Shown here one piece after another: positions 36,011-48,870 of a stretch of 64,000 bases of DNA. Within the stretch, counting starts at the first letter, position 1. Each line of letters begins with the position of its first letter. The translations under genes and the position numbers were made by a program. The notes under the pieces were generated by a model. The model had not been told where the DNA came from. It did not search any database and saw nothing but the letters and a program-made list of their open reading frames with translations. The stretch lies in contig NC_086097.1 of NCBI RefSeq assembly GCF_963921235.1, forward strand, positions 21,454,001-21,518,000. Direction: 5' to 3'. The stretch comes from Mobula hypostoma (taxonomy: Eukaryota).

Positions 36011-38296
36011 TTTAAATATAACCCTTATTTTAGCCTGTACCTTCCATTCCTGATGTTTTCTCTTCAAAGTGCATAGGCGTTTTTTTGGAAAAGGTGATAA
36101 GTTTATATTATAATTCTAAATAAAACTGTCATGATGGTAGCAAGTACTTCTTTCACATAACAAGGACATGTTACCATCAAAAAGATGGAGGTCCTTATGA
36201 GAATGACTTTATACAATGGACATAGGTGTGGCTCAGCTCCTTAGGTGTGACTGGTATGAAATGCTACTTAAATCACAATTTTATTGGAGAGTGTATTATC
36301 TTCTCCCGTAGAGCAGAGTTGGCGCAAAACTATCAAGTTTGTTGAAGCTAGGAATTATACCGCTGTGCTGGCCAGTGTCTGCTCTCTAACACAGAGCAGC
36401 TAAGGTCAAATGAGATGGCTGGTCGTAGCTTTGCAATCTGTGAGTGTTCTCCTTATGGTTACAGCAGGCAGTGGCCAGAAAGCTGTATATTGAGCTTTGA
36501 CAGCCATTTGCTGACACCTGGACCAGTCTGGTGGGTATCCTTTGGTCTTTTCGCGATGTGCATGTTCAGGCAGGAGTTTGCAAAGTTGCTCAATGACTGT
36601 ATCATCCAGGCCATGCTCTGTTCTTGCGACCAGGAGGTGCGAGAACCTTAGGTCCAACACCACTAGGTTCAGGAACTGTTATTAACCTACACCCATCAGG
36701 CTCCTGAACGGTGTGGATAAAGTCACACACCTCAACACTGAACTGATTTCGCAACCTATAGACTCACTTTCAAGGACTCTACAACTCAAGTTTAAGTTCA
36801 AGTTTAATTGTCATTTGACCATACATGTGTATACAGTTAAACAAAACAGTATTCCTCTGGGACCAAGGCGCAACACACAGTTTGTGCATTTGTGTGCAAA
36901 ACACAGCACGTACAATTACGAAAACACATACAGTCATTAAGTAATATTAGCACAAGTCCCTGCGTGGTATGGCCTGGAGACTGCTGGTGTAGGGGGTGTT
37001 GTACTGGAGCCACATTCCTGCAAAACAGGCAAGCAGAAGATTCTCATCTCCCACAGCCACAGATAAAGGCAATCCAGTTTGTCTTCTAGGGAGAGAACAC
37101 TAGAGGGCAGCACCGCAGGGAGAGCCGGACTGTAGGAGCTGATCCCCAACACAGCACTGATTCCAGTGGCCCGCTGTGCCTCTGTCTCTCCCACACTGCC
37201 TCCAGGCCTCCTCTCTTGGGTGACTGTCACAGGAGACGCTGTGGCATGAGTGCCTGAACCTTGGGCATGGATTCCAATGTGCCCGCTGTGCCTCTGTCTC
37301 TCCCACACTGCCTCCGGCACCTCCTCTCCTGGGTGGCTATGAGAAGCAGTGCCATGCCTTGAGGGCGTGGTCCACACAACAACCGAGACCATGCAGCTCC
37401 CTCGCCGTCAGTCTGACCAATTAACTTACGTTCTTAGTATTATTTATGTATTTATTTATTATTTATGTTTGTTTTGTATTTGGCTTCTTTTGCACGTTGG
37501 TTGCTTGTCAGTCTTAGTGTGTAGTTTTTTTTATTGATTCCATTGTATTTCTTTGTTCTACTGTGAATGCCTGCAAGAAAACAAATCTCAGGGTAAGCTA
37601 TAGTGAGATCAATGTACTTCGATGATAAATTTTACTTTGAAATTTGAACTCCAGATGCGGGGACCACATGCCTTCTTGGACCGGAGTGAGCCAGTCAGAG
37701 TGCAGAACAGAGAGTTCCTGAAATCGGACCGAGTCACCTTGCCTTCTGAACCCCACACATATAATTGGATAGACAGAGGTGCATATAACAAATCTGATTC
37801 TGATTCAGAGATGTTGTTTCGGCGACTTCATGGTCATGCAGTGCAGAAGCAAGCCCTTCAGCCCATCTGGTCCATGCCGATCAAGATTTCCATCTAAACT
37901 AGTCGCAAGATTGGCCCATATCTCTAAACCTTCAAAAAGTGCCTTTTAAATGCTGATGTACCTACCTGAATCACTTTCTCACACAGGTCCTACCAATCAT
38001 ACACTGGGTGACAACATTGTCCCTCAGGGTCTTGTTAAATCTCTTTCCTCTCACCTTGAAATCGATGCTCGTTAAAGCTTGGATTCCCTAATACTCGAAA
38101 AAAAACTGTGTGCATTGCCCTTCATGATTTCTACGCCTCTATAACCTGCTCAGCCTCTCTCCATAACTCAGTTCCTCAACATCCTTGTAAATCTCCTCTG
38201 CAATCTTTCTAGCTTTATGTTATGTTTCCTCTAGCAGGGTGACCAAAAGGGATCGAAGTATTCCAATGTAGCCTCACCAATGTCTTGCACAACTAC

Positions 38297-38565
38297 AGCA
38301 CGGTAGAGTAGTGGTTAGCACAACGCTTTACAGTACTGGTGACCTGGATTCAATCCCTCTGTTGTCTGTAAGGAGTTTGTACATTCTCCCTGTGACCCTA
38401 GGGTTTTCTCCTATAGTCCAAAGACGTACCGGTTAGTAGGTTAATTGGTCATTGTAAATAGTCCTGTGATTAGGCCATGGTTAATTTGGAGGTTGCTGGG
38501 AGGTGTGGCATGAAGGGCTGGATGGGCCTGTTCTGCTTTGTACCCCAATAAATAAATAAATAAAA
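38297..38565 (+). mobile_element. HE1/V-SINE-like SINE inside a minus-strand CR1
   Basis: gcacggtagagtagtggttagc head; (taaa)n tail. Confidence 0.8.
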
Positions 38566-39369
38566 CATAACATCCATTCCCATCATCCCATCAATACTCA
38601 TTGCCCATTGCCCTGACTGATGAAGGCCAGTGTCCCTGTTGACTTCTAATTCCAGTTTCATGGAATCATGAGCTTGTACATGAAGGTCCTTCTGATCCAC
38701 AACGCTCTCCAGAGCCCGACTATTCACTGTGAAAGTCCTATTCTGATTTGCCTTACGAAACGGCCCCACCTTACTATTACCTTGGCAGCTGTGGAGGTCA
38801 TCTCACTGGGTGTGTTAAGGCGCAGGTTGATAGGTTCTCGATTAGCCGGGGCGTGAAGGTTATGGGGAGAAGGCAGGAGAATGGAGTTGAGAGGGAAATG
38901 GTTCAGCCATATTGAAACAATGGGCTGAATGTCCTAATTCTGCTCCTATGCCCATGGTCTTATATATAGTCTTATCTGAATTAAACTCCATTTGCCATTC
39001 CTTGACCCACTTGCTGAGCTGATCAAGTTCCCTCTGCAATTTCTGAAGACCATCATCACTGGCGAGGACACTACCTATTTTTAGCATCTCCTGCAGACTT
39101 ACTAGTTGTGCCTTCTGCATTATCATACAAGCACAGTAACATAGGAAAGAGGGGCAGGAGTGGACCATCTGGCCTATTGAGCCTATTCGACCAAAATAAG
39201 ATCATGGCTGATCTGGTCATGGACTCAGTTCCACTTACCTGTCTTTTCTCAATAGCCCTTAATTCCATGCTATGTAAAAATCTGTCTTACTCTGCCTTAA
39301 ATATATTTTAATTAGAGATCATCTACTTCTTCCTTTTGAGACAGAGACAATATTCACCTTGGTGAAACT

Positions 39370-39960
39370 TACTTACATCTGTCCTGTATGTAGGTGACCA
39401 AAACTGCAGACAATATTCCAAATTAAGCCTCACCAACGTCTTATACAACAACATAGCATCCCATCTCCTGTACTCAGTACTTTGATTTATGAAGGCCAAT
39501 GTGCTGAAAGCTTTCTTTATGAACCGTCGACCTGTGATGCCACTTTCAATGAATTATGTACCTGTATTCCCAGATCCTTTTGTTCTACCACACTCCTCAG
39601 TGCTCTACCATTCACTTACCTTCGTTGGTCCTACTGAGTGCAACACCTCACACTTATCCGCGTTGAATTCCATCTGCCATTTTTCAGAACGTTTCACTGA
39701 CTGGTCCAGATCTCGCTGTAAGCTTTGATAGTCTTCATCGCTGAGTAGTACATCCCCTATCTTGGTGTCATCCACAAATTTCCTGATGCAGTTAACCACA
39801 TTATCATCCAGATCATTGATCTTGATGACAAGCAACAACGGACTGGGCACCAATCCCTGTGGCACTCCACTAGTCACGGGTCTCCAGTCAGGGAGGCACC
39901 CATCTACTACCACTCTCTGGCTTCTCTCACAAAGCCAATGTCTAATTCAATTCTCTACCA
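39370..39960 (-). mobile_element. CR1 RT fragment
   Basis: WRPVTSGVPQG..INDLD..KFVDDTKIG..WQMEFNADKCEVLH. Confidence 0.85.
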
Positions 39961-40204
39961 TTTAATAAGAGCATGGCTAATGATGGATTCACCTCTAATT
40001 ACTTGCCTTTCCCCTGTAACTCTTAATTCTGCTACAACACAAAAATCTATCTAACTGTGTCTTAAATGTACAGTATTTAATGAGGTGGCCGAGAATTCCA
40101 CTGATTCACTACTGTCTGGGAAAAGCAGTTTCTCCTCATATCCATCCTAAATCTATTTCCTTGAACTTTGAGGCTACGTTTCCTAGTTCCAGTCTACTAG
40201 TCTT

Positions 40205-41730
40205 CCAGTGTACGGAAGGCAGCTGGTCTGGACGGAATACCTGGCCATGTGCTCAGAGTCTGTGCAGGGCAGTTGGCTGGGGTCTTCACGGACATTTTCA
40301 ATCTGTTCCTGGCCCAGGCAGTTGTCCCCACAAGCTTCCAAGATCGCCACCATCGTGCCAGTGCCGAAACATTCCACTACCACTGGCCTGAATGACTTCC
40401 GCCCAGTTGCACTCACCCCCATCGTTGCAAAGTGCTTTGAGAGACTGGTGCTATCACATCTGAAATCCTGTCTGCCCACTACCCTGGACCACCATCAATT
40501 TGCCTGTCGCACCTACAGGTCAACAGAGGACGCCATCTCCACAGCACTTCACAGCTGGACAGCCCCAACTCTTATGTCAGAATGCTGTTCATTGACTTTA
40601 GTTTGGCGTTCAATATTGTGATACCCTCCAAGCTGATCACCAAACTTTGCCAGCTTGGTATCAGCTCATCTCTCTGCAATTGGACTTGGACTTTCTGACT
40701 GACAGACCCCAATCAGTTAAGTTAGACAACCTCTCCTCCTCCACTCTCACCCTGAACACCGGTGTGCCTCAAGGCTGTGTGCTGAGCCCTCTTCTGTACT
40801 CCCTTTTCACCTATGACTACGTTCCTGTACATGGTTCTAACTCCATAATCAAGTTCGCAGATGACGCCACAGTGGTTGGCCTGATCAGAGGGAATGACGA
40901 GACGGCCTACAGGGATGAGGTCCAGCACTTGGCTGCGCGGTATGCCGACAACAACCTGGCCCTTAACACCTAGAAGACCGAGGAGATTATTGTGGACTTC
41001 AGGCATGCTAAGAGCCACACTCACGTCCCCATCTACTTCAACGGAGCTGTAGTGGAGCATGTATCAAGCTTCAAATTCCTTGGTGTCCACATTTCCAAGG
41101 ATCTCACCTGGTCCCTGAACTCCTCCGTCCTGATCAAAAAGGCACAACAGCGCCTTTACTTCCTGCGGAGCATCAAGAAAGCTCACCTCTATCCCAGGAT
41201 ACTGATGGACATTTACCGCTGTACCATTGAGAGCATACTCACCAACTGCATCTCAGTGTGGTATGGCAATTGTCCCGTATCAGACCGCAAAGCACTCCAG
41301 CGTGTGGTGAAAACTGCCCAGCGGATTATTGGTACCCTATTGCCCACCATTGAGAACATCTACCATAAACGCTGCCTGGGCAGGGCGAAAAGCATTATCA
41401 AGGATGCATCTCCCCCTACCATGAACTTTTTACTTTCTTCCCATCTGATAGGCACTACAGGAACCTCCGCTCCCGCACCAGCAGGCACAGGAAGAGCTTC
41501 TTCCCTGAGGCTGTGACCCTGCCGAACCTCACAAAACAGCGCTAAGCAGTATTGCACCCATATTGTATTCTCTCAGTACTTTTATATTTGTGTGCTGTAG
41601 CACTTACTTTTTATTCACAGTTATTTTGTAAATAACACTATTCTTTGCATTTATGATCAGATGCTAACTGCATTTCATGGGCTTTGTATCTGTACTCGGC
41701 ACTATGACAATAAAGTTGAATCTAATTTAA
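40205..41730 (+). mobile_element. Rex1/Babar LINE (RT and 3' end), relatively young
   Basis: [58 protein letters not shown]; aataaagttgaatctaat tail. Confidence 0.92.
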
Positions 41731-42011
41731 TGTAATCTCATTTACCAATGCAAGCAACTTTCACTCTTCTATCTTGTTTGTCCTTTTCACAATTTTATGT
41801 TTCTATAAGAGTCCTTCTCATGCTTCTAAGTTGTGGTGAGTATAGTCCCAGGTGAGTCAGTCCCTCCTCATAAGCTAACCTCCACATCTCTGGATCGCTG
41901 TTCAGTGTTTTGAAGTTTTCCATTCTGTTGGAACTTTTCTTTAGAAGAGTCTAGTTCACCACTCAGATGTCAGATGAGTAAAACCACCTTTGTGTTTCTT
42001 GCTCTCCGAAG

Positions 42012-42215
42012 GTTCACCGTCGTTCTGCTCATCACCTGCTGACACTCTGCCGTGCCAACAGGGGCACCTTCATCAAAGTGGGCCAGCACCTGGGGGGCTT
42101 GGACTACCTGTTGCCTGAGGAATACACCAGCACTCTGAAGATTCTACACAGCCAAGCCCCGCAGAGCAGCCTGCAGGAGATCAAGCAGGTTATCCGGGAA
42201 GAACTCGGCAAAGAG
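42012..42215 (+). CDS. ADCK1: Internal coding exon of aarF domain-containing kinase 1 (ADCK1, ABC1/UbiB family)
   Basis: Polypyrimidine tract and AG acceptor (tttcttgctctccgaag, ends 42011); GAG|gtaaca donor at 42216. Phase 0-0, 68 codons: VHRRSAHHLLTLCRANRGTFIKVGQHLGGLDYLLPEEYTSTLKILHSQAPQSSLQEIKQVIREELGKE. This matches the vertebrate ADCK1 N-terminal region, including the UbiB KxGQ motif. No flanking exons were recognised in the window. Confidence 0.95.
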
Positions 42216-42412
42216 GTAACAAGGGAGCTTCGAGTTCAATGTTGTGATGTACTTGCAATATTAATCTAATTGAGGAGCATGTGTATTTATGTTATAAATA
42301 CACACATATGAAATACACTTCACATCTATGGGATCATGTAATCATGTTTAATCAAACATCTTATGTCTATAAACACAAGGGATTCTGCAGATGCTGGAAA
42401 TCTTGAGCAACA

Positions 42413-43060
42413 AGACTGATAGGGTGATTCAGGAGCTTATGGTGTGTTGTCCTTCATTAGTCGGGGATTGAGTTCAGGAGCCACAAAGTAATGTTGCAGT
42501 TTTATAAAACTCTGGGTCGACCACACTTGGAATATTGTGTTCAGTTCTGTTTGCCTCATTATAGGAAAGACGTGGAAGCCTTAGAGAGAGTGCAGAGGAG
42601 GTTTACCAGGGTGCTGCCTGGACTAGAGGGGGTGCCTTATGAAGATAGCTTGAGCAAGTCCAGGGCTTTTCTCTTTGGACCGAAGGAGTACGAGAGGTGC
42701 CCTGATAGAGGAGTACAAGATGATAAGAGGCACAGGTAGAGTGGACAGCCAGAAACTTTTCCCAGAGCCGAAATGGCTAATACAAGGGGGCTTTAAAGTG
42801 TTTAAAGGAAAGTATAAGGGGGATGTCAGAGGTAATTTCTTTACACAGAGTGGTATGTGCATAGAATGCCCTGCCAAGGGCGGTGGTAAAGGGAATATAT
42901 CAGGGGCATTTAAGAAACTTAAACAGGCACATGGATGACAGAAAAATAGAGGGCGATGTGGGAGGAAAGGGTTAGATTGATCTTAGACTAAGTTAAAAAG
43001 TCAGCACAACATTATGGGCCAAAGGGCCTGTACTGTGCTATTATGTTCTACGTCCTATGT
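42413..43060 (+). mobile_element. CR1 3' part
   Basis: LQFYKTLGRPHLEYCVQF. Confidence 0.85.
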
Positions 43061-43333
43061 AACACACAGAAAATGCTGGAGCAGCTCAGCAAGTCAAGTG
43101 GTAACTTTTTGGGCCGAGACCATTCATCAAGACTGTAAACAAAGGGGGCAGAGGCCAGAATAGGAAGGTGGGGGGAAGGGAAGGAGTACAAGCTGGCAGG
43201 TGATAGGTGAGACCTAGTTAGAGGGAGGATGTATGTGTGAGGGGTGGGTGGGGGGTTGTAATCTCAGGGGAAAACTATGCTTATAAAGGCACAGCTAGAA
43301 TCTGCCCCCTTCCTTTCCAGTCCTGACGAAGGG

Positions 43334-43947
43334 CACTGTTCCCTCTCAGCTGTGTGACTGCATGGTTGTGCAGTAACTAAAAAGCTCCCATGCACATAGC
43401 TTTTGTTGCTGCGCAGCTGGAATTTTCTTTTATATAACGTTAATATAATTTTACAATTATGTTAATAAAAGTTTGACATTGTGCTAATATAATTTTGAAA
43501 TCTATGTTAATATAATTGTGAGATACCCTGTAACTAATTATGCATTAATGAATATAATCCATAAATTTTCTAAGTAATAAACATACCACAACCTTTACTC
43601 TGAAACATTTTAGAGCTTCAACATATTCACATTGTCAGTGTTTCAAGTTACAACACTGTTACAAATTGGAATGGAAGTTGGTGGCTGATTGTTAATAAAC
43701 TGCTGGCCTGCTGCATGCAACGTGAAAGATTTTCTCTGTTGTACTGTATTTCAATATACCCTTCAATTAGTAGATAAAATCAAAAGTATGTGATTTTTAA
43801 ATTTTTCATTCTAAATATTCATAGTACGCACATTACAAAAAAAAAACAAATTTAAAGTGCCACACAGTTTTCAGGCCGTGTAAAAACTTCCTGTTCAGAG
43901 CAATAGTTGGTCCGTGCAGCTGTTAAAAAAAATTAGGGGTAATGTTG
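43334..43947. mobile_element. hAT-like non-autonomous element inserted inside a hammerhead motif
   Basis: Degenerate TIRs cactgttccctct / aggggtaatgttg; degenerate 8-bp TSD acgaaggg / atgaacga; AT-rich interior. Confidence 0.6.
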
Positions 43948-44587
43948 ATGAACGATCTCAGCCCGAAACATCAACGGTTACTCCCCTCCATAGATGCTGC
44001 CTGACTAGCTGAGTTCCTCCAGCATTTTCAGTTTGTTGCATATAATTTCTATATAAAATATGCAAGTATAATATATAAATCCTGCAATTGTTAATCCTTG
44101 TGAAAAATTAAAACAATTTTGAATATTTGTTATAATTATTTTTTAATATCAGGGCTGGTATTATTAATTTCAGTGCATTGAATACAGCTCTGAATATTTA
44201 TCTTATAATTGTTTTTGAATGTCACGAGTGGGTTAAGTAATGTGCTGCTGTTGTAGAATTGGCTGTGAAGCTGCCTCTCGAGCAGTCATGGTGATAATTA
44301 GCTGTTGAATCACTGGGAATAAGCAGCAGGGAAAGAGGGCACAACTTCCTCATGTTTACAGAGGCAGAAAGATCCGCTGCAGGATGGGAGGAGAACGAGG
44401 GACAGATGAAAGACAAATGGGCAGCACGAGTGGCATAGGGAACATTGGCAGAAGGAAATGATGAAAGGAAGCAGGGGGAAAAATAAATAGAGAGGCAGAA
44501 GAGAGAGTGGATTTTACACAAAGATTGGCTGGTGCGCATGAGAGTGTGCAGACGTGTGTGTGGAGAGTGAGATGCGCATGAGTGTGC

Positions 44588-44680
44588 ACACAAACACAGA
44601 CACACACATACACACACACAGACACACACCACACACACACACAGACACACACCCCACACACACACACACACACACACACA
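44588..44680. repeat. (CA)n microsatellite
   Basis: Imperfect CA repeat, ~90 bp. Confidence 0.95.
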
Positions 44681-44689
44681 GTCTGCACG

Positions 44690-46470
44690 AGGCGTCCACC
44701 AAACAAGAAATAGTCCACCTTGACACATTTCAAATCATAGTTGGGGACTTCAATCAGGCTTGCTTGAAGAAAACCCTGCCCGGCTACCATCCACATATAA
44801 CCTGCAGCACTAGAGGCCCCAACATACTCGACGACTGCTTTACTGCGATTAGGAATGCCTATTATTCCGCGCCTAGATATCATTTCAGGGAATCTGATCA
44901 CTTGGCTGTCCTCTCCTACCTGCACACAGGCAGAGGCTAAAGAGCAAGGCGCTAGAGATAATGACAATAAAGAGGTGGTTGTGTAAAGCAGAGGAGCATT
45001 TATGGGATTGCTTCAAGTCGGTGGACTGGGCTAATTCAAGGGCTCATCTGTGGATCTGAATGAATATACCACGGTTGTCAGGGACTTTATAAAGATAGTC
45101 ATAGACGACTGTGTCCCCACAAAATCATTCAGAGGCTTCCCCAGCCATAAGCCCTGGATGAACCATGAGATCGCAATCTGCTGAGCGTCAGATCAGAGGC
45201 ATACAAGTCTGGAGACCAAGTAAGATAGAAGAGGTCCAGTACGATCTCCGGAAAGCCATCCCACGGATGAAATGGCAATTCCAGACTAAACGAGTCAGTG
45301 AAGGATGCTCAGCAGCTGTGGCAGTGTTCAAATGTGAAATCAAGTGAGATAGGCGACAACAGGGCTTCACTTCCAGATGAGCTCAGTGCGTTGTATGCTC
45401 ACTTTGACTGTCAAAACAAGGAGGAATCTTCACAACCTCCCACAGCCATCGCTGACCCTGTGATTTCCGTTTCAGGCTGACGTGAGAGCATCCTTCACAA
45501 GGGTGAAGGAAAGCTTCCAGCCCAGATGGACTAGTTGGCTGAGTACTAAAGATCTGTGCTGATCAACCAGCTGGAGTGTTCACCAATATCTTTAACCTCT
45601 TGCTTTGGCAGTCTGAAGTACCCACCTGCTTCAAACAGGCCTCAATTATACCCGTGCCTAAGAAGAATGCGGTAATCTGCTTCAGGGACTATCTTCCCCT
45701 GTAATAAAGTGTTTTGAGAGGTTGGAGGTGAAACAAATTAACTCCTGACATAGATTCTCTCCAATATGCCTACTGGCACAACAGATCCACAGCAGGTGCT
45801 TCACTCAACCCTGGAACATCTGAACAGCAAAGGTGCCTACATCAGGATGCTCGTTATCGACTGCAGCTTGACATTCAATATTATCATCCTCTGAAAACTA
45901 ATGAATAAGCTTCAAGACCTTGGCCTCAATACCTCCTTCTGCAACTGGATCCTCGATTTCCTCACTTACAGACCCCAGTCAGTTCAGATTGGTAAAGGCA
46001 TCTCCTCCACAATCTCCATCAGCACGGGTGCACCACAAGACTCTGAGCCTAGCCCCACGTTCTGCTTGCTTTACATTTATGACTGTGCAGCTAAGCACAG
46101 CTCCTATGACATTTTAAAGTTTGCTGATGACACCACTGTTGGCTGAATCAAAGGTGGTGATGAATCAGGATATAGGAGGGATCTGGTAGAGGGATGCCAC
46201 AACAACAACCTCTCACTCAATGTCAGCAAGACCAGGAGCTAATTATTGACATCAGAAGGAGGAAGCTAGATCCAAGAGCCAGTCCTCATCGGAGAATCAG
46301 CCACTTTAAATTCCTCGGTGTTACCATTTCAGATAACCTGTCCTGGAACCAGCCCACAAGTGCAATTGCAAAGAAAGCATGGCAGCACCTCTTCTTCCTC
46401 AGAGGTTTGCAAAGATTCACCATGACATCTAAAACTTTGACAAGCTTCTATGGATGTGTGGTGAAGAGTA
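44690..46470 (+). mobile_element. Decayed Rex1/Babar LINE (APE and RT fragments)
   Basis: [50 protein letters not shown]. Confidence 0.88.
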
Positions 46471-46920
46471 GGATGGTGGTTAGCATTATGATATTACAAC
46501 GCTGGCAACCAGGGTTCAATTCCACCACCGTCTGTAAGGATTTTAAACGTCCTTCTCATGACTGAGTGGGTCTCCCTCAGGTGCTCTGGTTTCCTCCCAC
46601 AATCCAAAGACGTGCAATTATTTATGTTAATTGGTCACATGAATGTCATTGGGCGGTGTGGGCTTGTTTGGCCGGAAGAGCCTGTTACGATGCTGTATCT
46701 CTAAATAAAAAAAATGTGTACATGTGTGCATATGCCACTGTATCCGTGCGTGTGTGAAATCCACTGTGTGAGCGTGTGCATGCATAACTCAATGGTGTCC
46801 ATTTCTGACACCCACTGTACCTGTACAGGCACACATACATGTGTACGTGTTCATTTGACCCAAGGAGCTGGTGGAGTAGGTAACTTGGTAAAGTGGTTTA
46901 TTATTGTCATGTGTAGGGTG

Positions 46921-47205
46921 ACACAGTAGTGTAGTGGTTAGCACAATCCCTTATAGTAGCAGCGACACGGGTTCAATTCCCGCTGCTGCCTGTGAGGAAC
47001 TCATATGTTCTCCCCATGACCGCGTGGGTTTCCTTCGGGTGCTCTGGTTTCCTCCCACAAGTCAAAGACTTACCAGTTAGTAGATTAATTGTTCATTGCA
47101 AATTGTCCTGTGATTAGGCTAGGGTTAAATTGGGAGTTGTTGGACAGCACGGCGTGGAGGGCCGGAAGGGCCTATTCTACACTGTAACTCAGTAAATAAA
47201 TAAGA
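46921..47205 (+). mobile_element. HE1/V-SINE-like SINE
   Basis: A and B boxes, V-domain, tail. Confidence 0.85.
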
Positions 47206-47794
47206 AGTACCAAGGAACAGTGTGTGCGTATCTGGTTCTTCACTGTGCACACATCTGCGTGCGCGCGTGTGTGTGTGTGGACACCTGCAGTTCACTGTAT
47301 CTGTGTCTGCAGTGGGCAAGGATAATGCCTTCAACGGCAGTCAGAAATGGCTTCTTCCCCTCCACCCCCAGCCCCGTGGAAGAATTTGATTAGAGAATAC
47401 CATCAGCTCAACGTCAAGTGCTAGTGCACCTGTCGCCACCATTGGCTACACCTGTAATAGCCCTCCCACCACTGAGCACATCTACATGGAGCATTGTCAC
47501 AGGGAAGTAGCATCCATCATCGGGGACCCCCACTACCCAGGCCATGCTCTCTTCTCACTGCTGCCATCAGGAAGAAGGTACAGGAGCCTCAGGACTAACA
47601 CCACCTGGTTCAGGAACACTTATTACTCCCCAACCATCAGGCTCCTGAACCAGAGGGGATAACTTTACTCAACTTCACTTGCCCCATCACTGAAATGTTC
47701 CCACAACTTATAGACTCACTTTCAAGGACTCTTCATCTCATGTTCTTGATATTTGTTGCTTAGTTATTTATATTACTGTTGTATTTTTATTTAT

Positions 47795-48493
47795 TTGCTG
47801 CTCAAACTGATAAAACCTGAGGTGCAGGCATATCCAAGCACACTCATTTCTCAATGGTTAGGAACTTAACATATCTACTCTATTGGCGTTTAGTACTGTG
47901 GCTTTTAGAGATTTACGCAGATATTACTGTTATGCTATTGTGTAGTGACTTTGGGATGATACCAGTTGTTTACTATTGGGACTGTTCATGTCCAAAAGTC
48001 TTTCAATTTCCTCTTTTAATTCAGCGTATTTCTGGTATTTTTCCCTTATTGATTTCTGTAAGTAATGTGTGTTTGGAATGGCTATATCTATTAGGTAAGT
48101 TGTTCTTGCCTGTTTACCCTGTATTATTATATCTGGATGGTTATTATGAATTATCCTATCCATAATAATGGATCGGTCGTAATATAATCTGTGGTACTCT
48201 GACTCTAAAACTGGTTCAGGCTTCTGTTTATAGTAAGGTATGGTGTCTTTTATGAGCTTGTATTTTAAAGCAAGATTTTGTTGAATGATGTTTGCCGCTT
48301 GATTGTGCCTGTGTAAGTCATCAGATTGAGTTAAACTGCTGCAGGATCCTGTAATGTGTTCGATTGTTTCTGGTTTCTCTTGGCATTTTCTGCATTTATT
48401 GTCTTGAACTTGTTGGTCTTTTATTATGTATTGTTGATAATTTTTTTTGTGTTAAACAGCTGGTCCTGTATTGCCACAAGGAAACCGTCTGTT
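47795..48493 (-). mobile_element. R4/Dong-clade (RLE) non-LTR retrotransposon 3' part
   Basis: TDGFLVAIQDQ; CRKCQEKPETIEHITGSC zinc knuckle; HPDIII..LIDIAIP..KYQKYAELKEEI restriction-like endonuclease motif. Confidence 0.85.
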
Positions 48494-48524
48494 TATTATT
48501 ATTAATTTTATTGTAAAAAGTTTT

Positions 48525-48870
48525 TTTCTCAGCTCAAGCTGGTAATACCTGAGGTACGGGTATAACCAAGCAGACTCATTTGTCAATTGCTAGGAACTCA
48601 TAGACTATTCTAGTGGTGTTTACTTTTGTGGCTTTCTAGAGATTTACATAAATATTACTGTGTAGCCCTAATTGTTTAATGCTATTATGTAGTGCCTTTG
48701 GGATGATACCAATTGTAGATCTGACAATCAGGCCAATGCATTCCTTGTTCATGTTCCAAAGTCTTTCAATTTCCTCTTTTAATTCAGCATATTTCTGGTA
48801 TTTTTCACTTAATGATTTCTGTAAGTTGTATATGTTTTGGATGGCTATATCTGTTAAATAAGTTGTTCTT
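48525..48870 (-). mobile_element. Second R4/Dong 3' fragment
   Basis: Colinear with 47795-48110; bounded by (tta)n tracts. Confidence 0.8.

Larger units (their letters stand above)
42371..44040. mobile_element. Inverted PLE terminal pair interrupted by CR1 (42413-43060) and a hAT-like element
   Basis: Minus arm at 42371-42412 plus 43061-43260; plus arm at 43298-44040 ending gttgca. Confidence 0.7.

Noticed and set aside
37168..37340. ~60-bp direct repeat
   Set aside because: Short local duplication within a minus-strand LINE-like fragment; no further structure
42078..42269. 63-aa ORF as a standalone gene
   Set aside because: It is part of the ADCK1 exon read through the splice donor; the true limits are 42012-42215
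44222..44967. Long Cys/Val-rich ORFs
   Set aside because: Translation of the (CA)n microsatellite and antisense Rex sequence
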